A stretch of 64,000 nt of DNA from Candidatus Hydrogenedentales bacterium (GCA_050950105.1 JBMNGZ010000001.1:236759-300758), one strand, 5' to 3'. Counted from the first letter of the stretch, positions 41,006 to 51,422 are shown. Notes: generated by a model from the letters alone, not told the origin. Numbers and translations are program-made.

Positions 41006-42265
41006 GTGCACAGCACAATGGCAGAGAGGAGAACTATTACATTGAAAGCGGTGCCTTTCTCATATTTAACCGTGTTGCTTCTGGCAACCGTTGCTTCCGC
41101 CAACACTATACAGACCCTTCGAGGTGTCTTAGATGTGGCGGGTGTGAGGAGTACGGGCGCCAGAAGCGGTGAGGTCTCTGCGAAGGTTGCACGCTTTGCA
41201 GATGACTCTGGAGACCTAGAGCAATATGCATCCACTATCAGGCTTTTGGTGCAAGAGTTTGAAGAAACACGGCCCTCTGACGTTTTGTGTGAGGATTTCT
41301 TCTCGACGATACCCTCCAACTGGAAGCTCACTAGTCGGTACAACCTTAACATGCTCTACCGGGGTGACTTGTTTCTAAAGACTAGGGAATATGTGGCCAT
41401 GGGAGAAAGACCTCTGTTCATGCCTTCACCGAGTTCGCCAGAGCAATTCGTGGTCATGCCCGAGGATATCTTCGATAACGCTGTTGACCTGCGTCCTATA
41501 GCCGAAGCGTATGACGGAAACAGATTCTCTGTAGTCCAACGTCGCACACTGTTTGTTGAGAGCGGGGCCGAGGCGCCCATGGAATCGCAAATCGAGGACT
41601 TCGATCCGTCTCTGATCAAGTGGGGCGAAATTCCGGAAGAAAACCTGGCACGGACAGACCAAGAGGTCTCTGCAATACGGTTGGATGACAACCGGGTCAA
41701 CTACTTCATAAGAAACAAAGAGACGGGGGTAGAGGTTGATCAGGTCTTCAACGTCTCCACAGGAATGATTGAGCGCATGACCTCTACCAATTCTGCGGGG
41801 CACAAGAACGAGGAGTTCCTATGGCTTGGACCTGTTCGCTCCGAACAGGGTGTATGGCTCCCACGTGCGTTCATACATATGAAAAGACGTGGTGCCGTCA
41901 ACATGTACGAGGTCCGTTTCTACGATGACTGGGTAATGCGACATGTTGCGACAGACGAATTCAGGATTTCCGAGAGATTCTACGACAATGTCGAGGACAA
42001 GATCGTCGATTATTCCAGCTCTTACGACTTGGATCGTTTGATTGCGGGCATTTCGAAACAGATAGGCGCTGAGTCTACCGCCGAGGACAATGTAGGCGAA
42101 GGTGCTAATGGTTCATCGGCTGCCGGTGTGCGCGCCGAGTCTGCTGAACCTGACCCTGATGGTACAGGGGTAGGACACGGCCCCTACTCCGCGAAGCTCG
42201 CGTGGTTCGCCGCAGCAGGCTTATTGTGCTTCGGTGCCCTAGCTCTGCTTTTGAGGAAGCTATAG
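41006..42265 (+). CDS. LolA-like secreted protein with C-terminal TM anchor (paralog family)
   Basis: Signal peptide, then a C-terminal Ser/Asp-rich linker and TM (AKLAWFAAAGLLCFGALALLLRKL). ~50% GC versus ~62% background. Confidence 0.55.
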   Translation: MHSTMAERRTITLKAVPFSYLTVLLLATVASANTIQTLRGVLDVAGVRSTGARSGEVSAKVARFADDSGDLEQYASTIRLLVQEFEETRPSDVLCEDFFSTIPSNWKLTSRYNLNMLYRGDLFLKTREYVAMGERPLFMPSPSSPEQFVVMPEDIFDNAVDLRPIAEAYDGNRFSVVQRRTLFVESGAEAPMESQIEDFDPSLIKWGEIPEENLARTDQEVSAIRLDDNRVNYFIRNKETGVEVDQVFNVSTGMIERMTSTNSAGHKNEEFLWLGPVRSEQGVWLPRAFIHMKRRGAVNMYEVRFYDDWVMRHVATDEFRISERFYDNVEDKIVDYSSSYDLDRLIAGISKQIGAESTAEDNVGEGANGSSAAGVRAESAEPDPDGTGVGHGPYSAKLAWFAAAGLLCFGALALLLRKL

Positions 42266-42411
42266 AGATACTGGTAAAACGCGCAAATCGAATGCGCATT
42301 TGTGAATGTAACCTGGATGATTAAACGGGGTAATTGGTTAGTGCATCACGCATGCGAGTAAATGGTGGGTCACTGGCGAAGTAAGCTTACGATGCAAGAA
42401 GAGGAGGTAAC

Positions 42412-42879
42412 ATGAAGACTTTGCTTAATGTGCGTAAAGAGATGTGCCTAGGAGTATGTGGGGTATTGCTCCTTGTGGCGGTCGTGCTGTTAGTGGACGA
42501 GGCGCTGGCTGCCGACGCCGGAGAACATGGGCCAGGTTGTCAGTGTGTGAGGAATAGCTTTTACTGCGGTTTTTGGGTGCGCCAAGGCGACGATTGCCCC
42601 GATCCAAATGGCGTGTTTTGCCCACAGGGTAGCGATGGATGCATGCTCCTTCATCCTGACTTTCCTAGCACCACGGCTCCGAAGGGCGGACCGCAATGTG
42701 AGGACGATGAGGTACAAGAAAACTGGTGCAATGATTGGACTACTTGGTACATTGGCGGCGCTTGCGAAAAGTACTGTAAACTGATTACGTACAATAAAAG
42801 CTGCGGGTGCTATGCTAAAGATTTACCCGACTACGGCGCGCAGTGGCAGGGACCGAATTGCGAGACTGTAGTCGAGTAG
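42412..42879 (+). CDS. Small secreted cysteine-rich protein (13 Cys in the ~125-aa mature part)
   Basis: Strong AGGAGG RBS 8 nt upstream. N-terminal hydrophobic signal/TM (CLGVCGVLLLVAVVLLV). Mature region has C-x-C and many spaced Cys. Confidence 0.6.
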   Translation: MKTLLNVRKEMCLGVCGVLLLVAVVLLVDEALAADAGEHGPGCQCVRNSFYCGFWVRQGDDCPDPNGVFCPQGSDGCMLLHPDFPSTTAPKGGPQCEDDEVQENWCNDWTTWYIGGACEKYCKLITYNKSCGCYAKDLPDYGAQWQGPNCETVVE

Positions 42880-42906
42880 TTTAAGTAACAATTCTATAAC
42901 AATACT

Positions 42907-44085
42907 TTGCGTGTTGCAGCGTTAATGCATTCAAATTTCGGTGCCCGACGGAAGGTCTGCGTGATGCTCCTTCCGTCAGGCATTGTAGCTTCGCACCAGA
43001 ATTTCTATGGGGGGGGCTGTTCTGTCATGACTTCTGTCCGAAAACTATATTCTAGCTCCGGTCTTGCCATTATCCTGGTGCTCCTTTTCTCTGCATTGGC
43101 TGTTTTGTATATCCATCGAATGGCCTATGTGCACGGGGCCCCTGAAGTCCATCTCAGCCACGCCACCCACGATTTTGGGAACTGTGCAAAAGGTCAAGCA
43201 CTTAGTCATGAATTTCCCATTGAAAACCGGGGTGCTGCCTTATTGCATGTTTATGATGCCCGAACGAGCTGCGGCTGTGCCTTCGTCAATAACCTTCCAA
43301 TTGACATCCCTTCAGGTCATCGGCGGGTTGTTTCTGTCGGCTTGAAGTCATCGCAGAAAACCGGGCCATTTCACGAGTACGTGATCTTGAATACGAATGA
43401 TCCTGAGAGACCGGGCGTTCGCCTTGGGGTAGAGGGTGCGGTTGTCGACAATCCGTACTTACTCCCGAACGCGGTGTACGAATCCTTATATCTGGGCGAC
43501 ACCTTGAATCTAAGAGTCTTACTGAAGAAGCCGCCTGGAGTGATTAGCCTGGAGCAGACTTCTTTGTCTCTTGCGGGAGATTATTTAGAGGCCACTATGC
43601 AAGCATCGACTGACAATGCAATCATTACGCTTACTAGTTCCCCATTTGACCGGGTAGCCTCGTATTTCAACTCTCTAGAGCTGACTCTGCAGGCGGATGA
43701 TGGCGCCAACTTGGCTTTCGACCTTCCAATTCACGTCATAGTACGTGATCCCTTGTCCATCTCTCCAAGTGCTTTGTTTTTGAGTGCGGCAGACTTTAGC
43801 AGAGAAAGGAGGGTCGCACTTCAATTCTTGGCAGAGGCCAGACGATTCGATGACTTTACAATATGGTGCGAGTTGCTTGACCAAGATGGGCTAGTCAAGT
43901 CTGTCGATACGTTGAAAATCCACAGTGGAAAATGGAAAGTTTTAGTAACCTTCAGATCTAGGCCCTTGGAACTCCCATATTCTTCCACACTGATTCTCAG
44001 CTCCGACATTCCCTATCGACAAAGAATCGAAGTGCCATTCGCTGTCACGCAACAAGGCGGGATTTCCTCCCGTACCAAAGATTAG
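42907..44085 (+). CDS. DUF1573 (Ig-like/ASH) domain membrane protein
   Basis: HDFGNCAKGQALSHEFPIENRGAALLHVYDARTSCGCAF is the DUF1573 motif. N-terminal TM (true start probably MTSVRK at ~43027). Confidence 0.7.
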   Translation: MRVAALMHSNFGARRKVCVMLLPSGIVASHQNFYGGGCSVMTSVRKLYSSSGLAIILVLLFSALAVLYIHRMAYVHGAPEVHLSHATHDFGNCAKGQALSHEFPIENRGAALLHVYDARTSCGCAFVNNLPIDIPSGHRRVVSVGLKSSQKTGPFHEYVILNTNDPERPGVRLGVEGAVVDNPYLLPNAVYESLYLGDTLNLRVLLKKPPGVISLEQTSLSLAGDYLEATMQASTDNAIITLTSSPFDRVASYFNSLELTLQADDGANLAFDLPIHVIVRDPLSISPSALFLSAADFSRERRVALQFLAEARRFDDFTIWCELLDQDGLVKSVDTLKIHSGKWKVLVTFRSRPLELPYSSTLILSSDIPYRQRIEVPFAVTQQGGISSRTKD

Positions 44086-44560
44086 ACTATGAGTGTATGG
44101 ATGTGCGTAATATGGCCAAGAACAAGACATGCCCCCTCCTGAAGTTTCTGAGGCTTTTGGCGACGACTGAGCGCCTTTCTCGGAGATGAACCCGGTGGGT
44201 GCGCCGGGTGTTTTGCCTCCTGCTTTGGATACAGTCGTCCAGACCAATCCATGGACTGTCCAATTTCAAACGAGGCAAGACACCGCAGTCGGAATGGCCG
44301 CAAGTGGAGGATTGGCTTTGACCTAGTGGCGCTGACCGCGGTCTCAGATTCACCTCCACTGCAGAAGTAGTAATCCTTGGTTCAAAAGCAAGGCTTGACC
44401 AAGCCTTATCGCTTGTTCCCCGTTCCTTCAGGGGTTCCTTATACTGATGCAAGCAGCGTGACATGACGGGAAGGTGGGACTTGTTTGGCAATTGCAAAAT
44501 CCCGTCACTAGCGACATACGTATGAGGAAATTGTGGCGACCCGCACTTGGGAGCGCTTCG

Positions 44561-45514
44561 ATGGCAAGAGACATCACAGACGCAATTCGGCGGTTGCTGG
44601 GCTGGGAAACGCCATGTTCCCGGGTCCAGGCGCGGCTGTTTGCGTATGCGTGGTGCGAGCCGGACCTTTCGGAGGCCGAATGTACGGAAATCATGCGGCA
44701 TCTGGCCGTGTGCGAGTGTTGCAGGGCCGAATTCGAAGAGATCGAAGCCACAATCGACGCCGTCGGGCCGCTGTTGTACCCGGACGATGCCCTTCCTCCC
44801 TTTGATGTCGAGGCGATGGCCAAGTCCATCGCCGAACGCATCGACCGCGGGGATACCGGCCGCGAAATCGCTCTTGTGCAAGAATTTATGCAGGGATGCG
44901 AGCCTCGATTTGCCGACGAGTCACCGTATCGAGGGCTTTGTCAGGGTGCATTCGCCTGGCTGGGTGCCCGCAAGCGGTTGGCGGCCATGGCCGCGTGCGT
45001 ATTGCTGCTGGTGGCGGGGCCGGTGCTGGCGCATGTCGCGGGAGCCGTTCGGGGTTGTTTTAGCGATGCCGAGGACCCGATCGAGACAGGGGAGCAGGTG
45101 GCGTTGCATCGAGAAACGCTCGCGGTTCCGGAACTGCCTCGGGATGCGGTGAAGCCGGCGGAAACGGATGCATCCGCAGCGGCCCGCGAGATTGACAGCG
45201 ATATCACCGATTCTCTGGACGCCGAACTCGCCAGACAGGCCGCCCGGGCGGAAGTCGAGGCGATGCTGCCCCATACCGAGGCGGAATACGAAGCCTGGGC
45301 CCGGCGCGAATATCCCCACATCATGTGGTTGCATGACGTACTGCAAGGCGAGACGCCAAAAACGCCACCCGGCAGCCCCGCCGGGCGCTTGGTGTCCTTC
45401 GGCATGACCGACGGCGGCAACCCCACCATCACCCTTCCCGATGCCGAGGGCAACAAGGTGACCCTCTGCGCCGTGTTTGTTGATACGAAAATGGGGACTG
45501 TACCAGGCGAGTGA
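44561..45514 (+). CDS. Zinc-finger (zf-HC2-like) anti-sigma factor, N-terminal plus TM part; reading frame stops at a TGA (45512-45514) and resumes as ORF 45527..46207
   Basis: MARDITDAIRRLL ... HLAVCECCRAEFEE zinc-finger motif. Single TM AAMAACVLLLVAGPVLA. In the duplicate copy at 49818-51116 the same position is CGA (Arg) and the frame is continuous. Confidence 0.6.
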   Translation: MARDITDAIRRLLGWETPCSRVQARLFAYAWCEPDLSEAECTEIMRHLAVCECCRAEFEEIEATIDAVGPLLYPDDALPPFDVEAMAKSIAERIDRGDTGREIALVQEFMQGCEPRFADESPYRGLCQGAFAWLGARKRLAAMAACVLLLVAGPVLAHVAGAVRGCFSDAEDPIETGEQVALHRETLAVPELPRDAVKPAETDASAAAREIDSDITDSLDAELARQAARAEVEAMLPHTEAEYEAWARREYPHIMWLHDVLQGETPKTPPGSPAGRLVSFGMTDGGNPTITLPDAEGNKVTLCAVFVDTKMGTVPGE

Positions 45515-46253
45515 GGCGAGACCGGGGTGTCCCCGTTTGGTCCCTGCGGCGCTTCTACATACCTGGGACCAGGCTATGCAGGGCCCGGACAGAAAGCTGA
45601 CGGCGAGACCATCGGCCTCCCGGCAACGATCTACCTTCCCATCGACCAAAACACCATTCCCTGGGACGGCGTCCCCGCGAACATCCCCGAATGGGCCCAA
45701 CGCCTCTACGCCGATACCCCCGAAACCGAACGCCCCACCGGCTGGCGTGCGTTGCTCATCTACTCCGGCGAGATCTTCAAATTCGACTGGCCGGAAACCC
45801 TCGACGACCCCAACTGCATCCCGACGTCTGAGGCCATACACTGGGCGCTCCCCATCGGCGATGCTGCAGCCATACCACCGGACAACACGGAAGCCGACAC
45901 CTTCGCCAACGCCCAACCCCTCAGCCCCAACGACCCCTACATCACCGCGCTCGCACGCGATCTCCCACGGGCCAGGATCGTGGTTCAATACATACACGTT
46001 TCCGCCCTCTTAACGGGAACAAGGCAGTCTGCGGGGTTTTTGAAAACCACAGAGGCGTTCCTTGTCCGGTTTTGCTCCGGGGAAACTGGAGAATGCGCAA
46101 CGGCTAGCCCTGCGCAGGTCCTAGTGAGTTTGCTGATGCGTCGCAACGCCCAGGTAGTTTGTGCGATGGAAACGAGGACTAACAAGATAGGGCAAGGACC
46201 AACGTGATTGGCGGCAATCGTCCCTTTACCAAGGAAGTAGACGCGCGGAACAC
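44953..46253. repeat. Copy 1 of a ~1.3-kb segmental duplication (copy 2 at 49818-51116, ~98% identical, direct)
   Basis: Base-by-base comparison of the two regions. The spurious antisense ORFs 44921..45997 and 49332..50864 share identical translations. Confidence 0.9.
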
Positions 46254-47472
46254 TGCGGCCGTTCCGGTTTCCGGGCTGCATCATCTTCAGGAGTGCTACG
46301 GTGCCATTACTCTAGATGACACGCACTGTGATTTTCCGGTAGTCGTCTTCGACAAAGTGTGTAGCGCGTCGATGCAGCTGGAACTCGGGGATTTGTCTGA
46401 GGTCGGGACCGAGGCCGAGGATGGCAGCACGGCGAGCGATGCTATATCAATGCTCAAAAAGGGCTGCCTCCTGGCGAAGCACCGCATGCCGCGTATCCGA
46501 GTTGTGTGTCTGTTCGATGCATCTGCGGGCCCGCAACACTATCTGCCCAGGATTACGAGCATTTTGTGTTCTTTAAACTTCTCGGATATCAATCTTGATC
46601 TACACATCCACGCCCCCGTCCGACCGACCCCATGGGAGGCAATCCTCGACCTTCTCCAGCAAATCTGGGCTTCTCTCTCGGGTTTCGGAAAAAGCATCCA
46701 TGTTACAAGTCACATCCTCGGCGACCTTGAGTTTGCTGGAGAAGAAACCGCGCGGAGACTGATCCAGAACGATGTCAAGCTATCTATGGTCTGGGATGGA
46801 GAGATCTCCCAAGCAGAGGATCAACTGACAGACCAAGAGCAACGACTACGCGCCTTTGCGGAATTCGGTTTCAGGATACCTGTCTTCGTTTATGTCAACG
46901 ACGCAAATCTCTGCACCATATCAGATCTGATTTCTCGCTGGCTATTTATCAATACGAATTCTGGTTTCGCTATGGAACCGGCTCATTTGGACCCTTCGCG
47001 GCCCGTTGAAGAGACTGTTGTTGACGTAGTTGCCTATCACGAGTGCGTGTTGGGCTTGTACATGCGCTATTCTCACTTCGATGAGGTTTTCGCACCAATT
47101 GCAGGAATTGTCGAGGCGCTCATCGATGCGCCCAAAACTCTTCCTCCCCTGAGTTTTCTGGTAGATTCAGGGAGTCAGCTGAGGCTTTTCAGAAAATCCC
47201 CAAACCATTCAAAGTCTATCGACAGTACGAGCAACCTGGAGAATATCTGCGAAGCAGTGATAACTGAGATGCTCGAGGATCCTGCGGGCGTTGAAGGCAC
47301 TTCCGAGGATTGTGCCACCTGCAAGTGGCGATGGGTTTGTGGCGGAATCGAAGCGGGCGCACACGAACACACCTGCACTTCTTGGAAGCTGTTACTGGAA
47401 ATAGCCTTGCGGGAGAAGCTGGAGGTTTCGGCGCGTCGAAGATTACCTGGAACTCATGCCCGATACGGTTAA
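46204..47472 (+). CDS. Hypothetical protein; possible degenerate radical-SAM/SPASM-like protein lacking the CxxxCxxC triad
   Basis: C-terminal CATCKWRWVCGG (CxxCx5C). No CxxxCxxC anywhere. The first ~16 codons lie inside the duplicated segment, so the start is uncertain. Overlaps the next ORF by 17 nt in another frame. Confidence 0.4.
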   Translation: MIGGNRPFTKEVDARNTAAVPVSGLHHLQECYGAITLDDTHCDFPVVVFDKVCSASMQLELGDLSEVGTEAEDGSTASDAISMLKKGCLLAKHRMPRIRVVCLFDASAGPQHYLPRITSILCSLNFSDINLDLHIHAPVRPTPWEAILDLLQQIWASLSGFGKSIHVTSHILGDLEFAGEETARRLIQNDVKLSMVWDGEISQAEDQLTDQEQRLRAFAEFGFRIPVFVYVNDANLCTISDLISRWLFINTNSGFAMEPAHLDPSRPVEETVVDVVAYHECVLGLYMRYSHFDEVFAPIAGIVEALIDAPKTLPPLSFLVDSGSQLRLFRKSPNHSKSIDSTSNLENICEAVITEMLEDPAGVEGTSEDCATCKWRWVCGGIEAGAHEHTCTSWKLLLEIALREKLEVSARRRLPGTHARYG

Positions 47473-48190
47473 CGAGTTGCTGCGCAGCTACAGATACTTC
47501 CGAGGCTTGGGCTATGTGAAGATCGCGTTCGTTCCTGCGGATCCATGCTACTGGACTGAGGAGTCTGTGAGACGATTCGAGTCTGCATTCGGCGAAGTCG
47601 CCGACGCCTACATCGACGATATGCGGCGTGGCTACTTCATAGATCTGAAGTATGTAACGGAGTGGCACCATGCCAAGAGAGACAACGTCGAGATCAAGAC
47701 CCGGTCCTGCGGGGCCGGACGAGGCATGGTGCTCATTGACATCAAGGGAAGTATCTTTCCGTGTCATCGTTGGAACAAGCAGGATGAAGGCAGTTGGAGG
47801 TTGGGGAATATCTACTCCTCAGACTTCAACGATGATGTGCGGGAGCGGTTCTTTCGATCGAGAAAAGAGGCGCGGGAGCAGATGGGGTGCCAAGATTGCG
47901 AAGCTAGCCCCGTTTGCGGATTTGGCTGTCCTGCGGAGAACCTCGAGACGACGAAAGATATGTGGATTCGCCACCAGATAGGTTGCGAACTCCAGCGAGC
48001 CATGGCACGAGTTGCGGCGAAGGCGCACGAAACGTTGGCGGCTGAGAGGAATACGCAGTTCGAGAAACACTATGTGAGCGAAGGGATCGTGGGTCGGCAA
48101 AGAGATTCAAAGAGAAAAGAGACTGTGAGGCACCCAACTGCTAGATTGGCGAATTCAGTATGCGTGGTATATGCTTCGTGCCTGAAATAG
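47456..48190 (+). CDS. SPASM-domain protein (anSME-like C-terminal half), no radical-SAM core in the ORF
   Basis: CGAGRGMVLIDIKGSIFPCHRW...LGNI...CQDCEASPVCGFGCP matches the SPASM CxxCx5CxxxC cluster and its upstream motifs. Confidence 0.6.
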   Translation: MPDTVNELLRSYRYFRGLGYVKIAFVPADPCYWTEESVRRFESAFGEVADAYIDDMRRGYFIDLKYVTEWHHAKRDNVEIKTRSCGAGRGMVLIDIKGSIFPCHRWNKQDEGSWRLGNIYSSDFNDDVRERFFRSRKEAREQMGCQDCEASPVCGFGCPAENLETTKDMWIRHQIGCELQRAMARVAAKAHETLAAERNTQFEKHYVSEGIVGRQRDSKRKETVRHPTARLANSVCVVYASCLK

Positions 48191-48306
48191 CTCAGGCGTT
48201 TCGGCACGGGAAGAGATGGAGCAATGGGACGCGCAGAACGTCCCCCCAACTTCAATTTTCAGGCAAGTTCTCTCTAGAACCGACGAGACAAGAATAGGAG
48301 GGTGCA

Positions 48307-49407
48307 ATGCACTGCAGGATCCCCAATAGCTTTGCTCGGACTTGCTTCCTTTTGTTGACGCACATCGCCACAGGGGCCTACGCGCAATCTCCGTCGCTTC
48401 CTGAATTGCTGGACAGTGCTCGGGTTGGCTTGTATGCCGAAGGCCTCTCGTACCGTCTTCAAGCAGAGGTGTACCAGTCCACGTCGACTTCTGCTTGGGA
48501 GCCAGGGCTCTACGAGCGTTTCGAGATTATCACGGATGGGGTTCGCACCAAGGTGGACACACAGAGGCTGCCGGACACATTCGGTGAGAATCCGCGATTC
48601 TCCGCGCAGGATGTAGAGGTCTTTGACGGAGAAGTGTACAAGAGCCTATCATCCGTATTACGCGGCGAAGACCTTGACTACTTCGGGACAATCAGGCCTG
48701 ACGACGTTACTGGAAGACGAGTGGGAGACGTATTGATAGGCAAGCGCTATTTGTCTTCCGGAGGAGATAGTCTACTAGACACCAATGTTGGCTTTGTACC
48801 CGATAAGAACCTCTATAGGATTAAGACCATTCCCGAGAATGGCGCGTACATCGTGTTCTGGTTCGATCCTGCGCGTGGCTATAGTGTTGTGAGGAAGGAA
48901 TTCTTCATGAATGACACGCTGCGCAATTTCTCCGAAATCGAATTGGCCCAAGAGCAGGGTGTCTGGGCTCCAATAGAAATCAGATACTACGATATGAATA
49001 ACGCGAATCCGCAGTTAGCGAAGGTTACGAAGCTCGTTCATCTCGAACTGGACCCTGAGATTGACCCGGCAGACTTTGAACTAGTGATCCCAGAGGAAGC
49101 CCGTGTCCGTGATCTCACAAAGGATCGCACGTCACCTGCCACGAAGCGGACTCGCAGGAGAATGCGTCCTGTCGACATGGACAATCTCTCAAAGGACCTT
49201 GTTCCTTCGGATGATGTTGTTGTGGAAGAGAGTGGCGAGGATGCTTCGAATAAGCAAACGCTTGACTCATCCAACCCCCAAGAGTCGGCGGCCCCGTCCG
49301 GTGAACATTCTGGCAATCCCCTTCGCGCAGTCTACTGGTCCATTGTTGGTGTCGCCGTTGTAGCGGCTGCTTTGGCGGCCTTGTGGATTCGAAGCAAGAG
49401 CGCGTGA
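48307..49407 (+). CDS. LolA-like secreted protein with C-terminal TM anchor (paralog family)
   Basis: Signal peptide FLLLTHIATGAYAQS. C-terminal TM VYWSIVGVAVVAAALAALWIRSKSA. Confidence 0.55.
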   Translation: MHCRIPNSFARTCFLLLTHIATGAYAQSPSLPELLDSARVGLYAEGLSYRLQAEVYQSTSTSAWEPGLYERFEIITDGVRTKVDTQRLPDTFGENPRFSAQDVEVFDGEVYKSLSSVLRGEDLDYFGTIRPDDVTGRRVGDVLIGKRYLSSGGDSLLDTNVGFVPDKNLYRIKTIPENGAYIVFWFDPARGYSVVRKEFFMNDTLRNFSEIELAQEQGVWAPIEIRYYDMNNANPQLAKVTKLVHLELDPEIDPADFELVIPEEARVRDLTKDRTSPATKRTRRRMRPVDMDNLSKDLVPSDDVVVEESGEDASNKQTLDSSNPQESAAPSGEHSGNPLRAVYWSIVGVAVVAAALAALWIRSKSA

Positions 49408-49775
49408 CATTTCGGGGATTCGCCAGCCCGCTGTGACGCAAAATGGGATAAATAGGGAGAAGCGCCGGGATAAGCCGGCAGGATGGTGAGAGTGAAAGTC
49501 TCTTGCAGTGAAGGGGTAGCGAGCCACACTGGCCCCCGAGTCATGTCTGCGTCGCCGCAAGGGGACGTGGGAAGCGTTGACAGGGGCAAGGCTAAATGGG
49601 GACAGGCACCCTTTATATTGCCATTTCCTGTACTTGCGGATAGCATGTGATACGGAAATTCAGGGACCGGAAATCCAGGGACGAACAACGAATTAGAATG
49701 AGGAGCAATCTGGGGTGCCTCGAAAGCAGACCCTGATCGTCTTCTCATTGAGGCGGTTGGCGGCAGAGTCACAAC

Positions 49776-51065
49776 TTGCTGCAAATTGATAACCGCTCTC
49801 CGCGGGGACAGCATGCCCTGGCTTGGCTCGGTGCGAACAAGCGGTTGGCGGCCATGGCCGCGTGCGCGTTGCTGCTGGTGACGGGGCCGGTGCTGGCGCA
49901 TGTCGCGGGAGTCGTTCGGGGTTGTTTTAGCGATGCCGAGGACCCGATCGAGACAGGGGAGCAGGTGGCGTTGCATCGAGAAACGCTCGCGGTTCCGGAA
50001 CTGCCTCGGGATGCGGTGAAGCCGGCGGAAACGGATGCATCCGCGGCGGCGCGCGAGATTGACAGCGATATCATCGATTCTCTGGACGCCGAACTCGCCA
50101 GACAAGCCGCCCGCGCGGAAGTCGAGGCGATGCTGCCTCATACCGAGGCGGAATACGAAGCCTGGGCCCGGCGCGAATACCCCCACATCATGTGGTTGCA
50201 CGACGTACTGCAGGGCGAGACGCCAAAAACGCCTGTCGACAGCCCCGCCGGGCGCTTGGTGTCCTTTGGCGTCACCGACGACGGCAATCCCACCATCACC
50301 CTTCCCAATGCCGAGGGCAACAAGGTGACCCTCTGCGCCGTGTTTGTTGATACGAAAATGGGGACTGTACCAGGCGAGCGAGGCGAGACCGGGGTGTCCC
50401 CGTTTGGTCCCTGCGGCGCTTCTACATACCTGGGACCAGGCTATGCAGGGCCCGGACAGAAAGCTGACGGCGAGACCATCGGCCTCCCGGCAACGATCTA
50501 CCTTCCCATCGACCAAAACACCATTCCCTGGGACGGCGTCCCCGCGAACATCCCCGAATGGGCCCAACGCCTCTACGCCGATACCCCCGAAACCGAACGC
50601 CCCACCGGCTGGCGTGCGTTGCTCATCTACTCCGGCGAGATATTCAAATTCGACTGGCCGGAAACCCTCGACGACCCCAACTGCATCCCGACGTCTGAGG
50701 CCATACACTGGGCGCTCCCCATCGGCGATGCTGCAGCCATACCACCGGACAACACGGAAGCCGACACCTTCGCCAACGCCCAACCCCTCAGCCCCAACGA
50801 CCCCTACATCACCGCGCTCGCACGCGATCTCCCACGGGCCAGGATCGTGGTTCAATACATACACGTTTCCGCCCTCTTAACGGGAACAAGGCAGTCTGCG
50901 GGGTTTTTGAAAACCACAGAGGCGTTCCTTGTCCGGTTTTGCTCCGGGGAAACTGGAGAATGCGCAACGGCTAGCCCTGCGCAGGTCCTAGTGAGTTTGC
51001 TGATGCGTCGCAACGCCCAGGTAGTTTGTGCGATGGAAACGAGGACTAACAAGATAGGGAAATGA
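49776..51065 (+). pseudogene. 5'-truncated second copy of the anti-sigma factor (TM plus periplasmic domain only), within duplication copy 2
   Basis: Identical to the TM and C-terminal part of the 44561.. gene but lacks the zinc-finger N-terminal domain. Reading frame is continuous through the position that is TGA in copy 1. Confidence 0.55.
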
Positions 51066-51116
51066 CCAACGTGATTGGCGGCAATCGTCCCTTTACCAAG
51101 GAAGTAGACGCGCGGT
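49818..51116. repeat. Copy 2 of the ~1.3-kb segmental duplication
   Basis: See copy 1. Confidence 0.9.
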
Positions 51117-51422
51117 CGATGGGTAGGCAGATCGCGGCCGGAAAATCGACGGCTTCGCCGTCAGCTCTCTGCCCGGGCCCTGTCCACACGGTCCACGATC
51201 TCATGCCCAGAGGCCGGCGGCAGTCGTTTCGAGTCCAGCCCCGGCCACGCGGGGCGCGTGGCCACCCCCGCCAGCGCGGGACACAAGAACGCGAACCGGC
51301 ACCTGCGGCGCCTGGTCTGATTATTGATCTATCCCAATTTCAGCGATACGCATCGCCCGCCTGGAGCTTTCTTTCAGGCGATGGGATTCTGAAGGCATTT
51401 GGCTCGGGCGTGTGGGGTGCGT

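Noticed and set aside
44087-44881. 264-aa minus-strand ORF spanning the DUF1573/anti-sigma intergenic region
   Set aside because: Overlaps the anti-sigma N-terminus on the opposite strand, has no motifs and an Arg/Pro-rich composition; likely spurious.
44921-45997. 358-aa minus-strand ORF and its twin at 49332..50864 (510 aa)
   Set aside because: Antisense to the anti-sigma coding sequence. Their identity merely reflects the segmental duplication; useful as evidence for the duplication but not genes.
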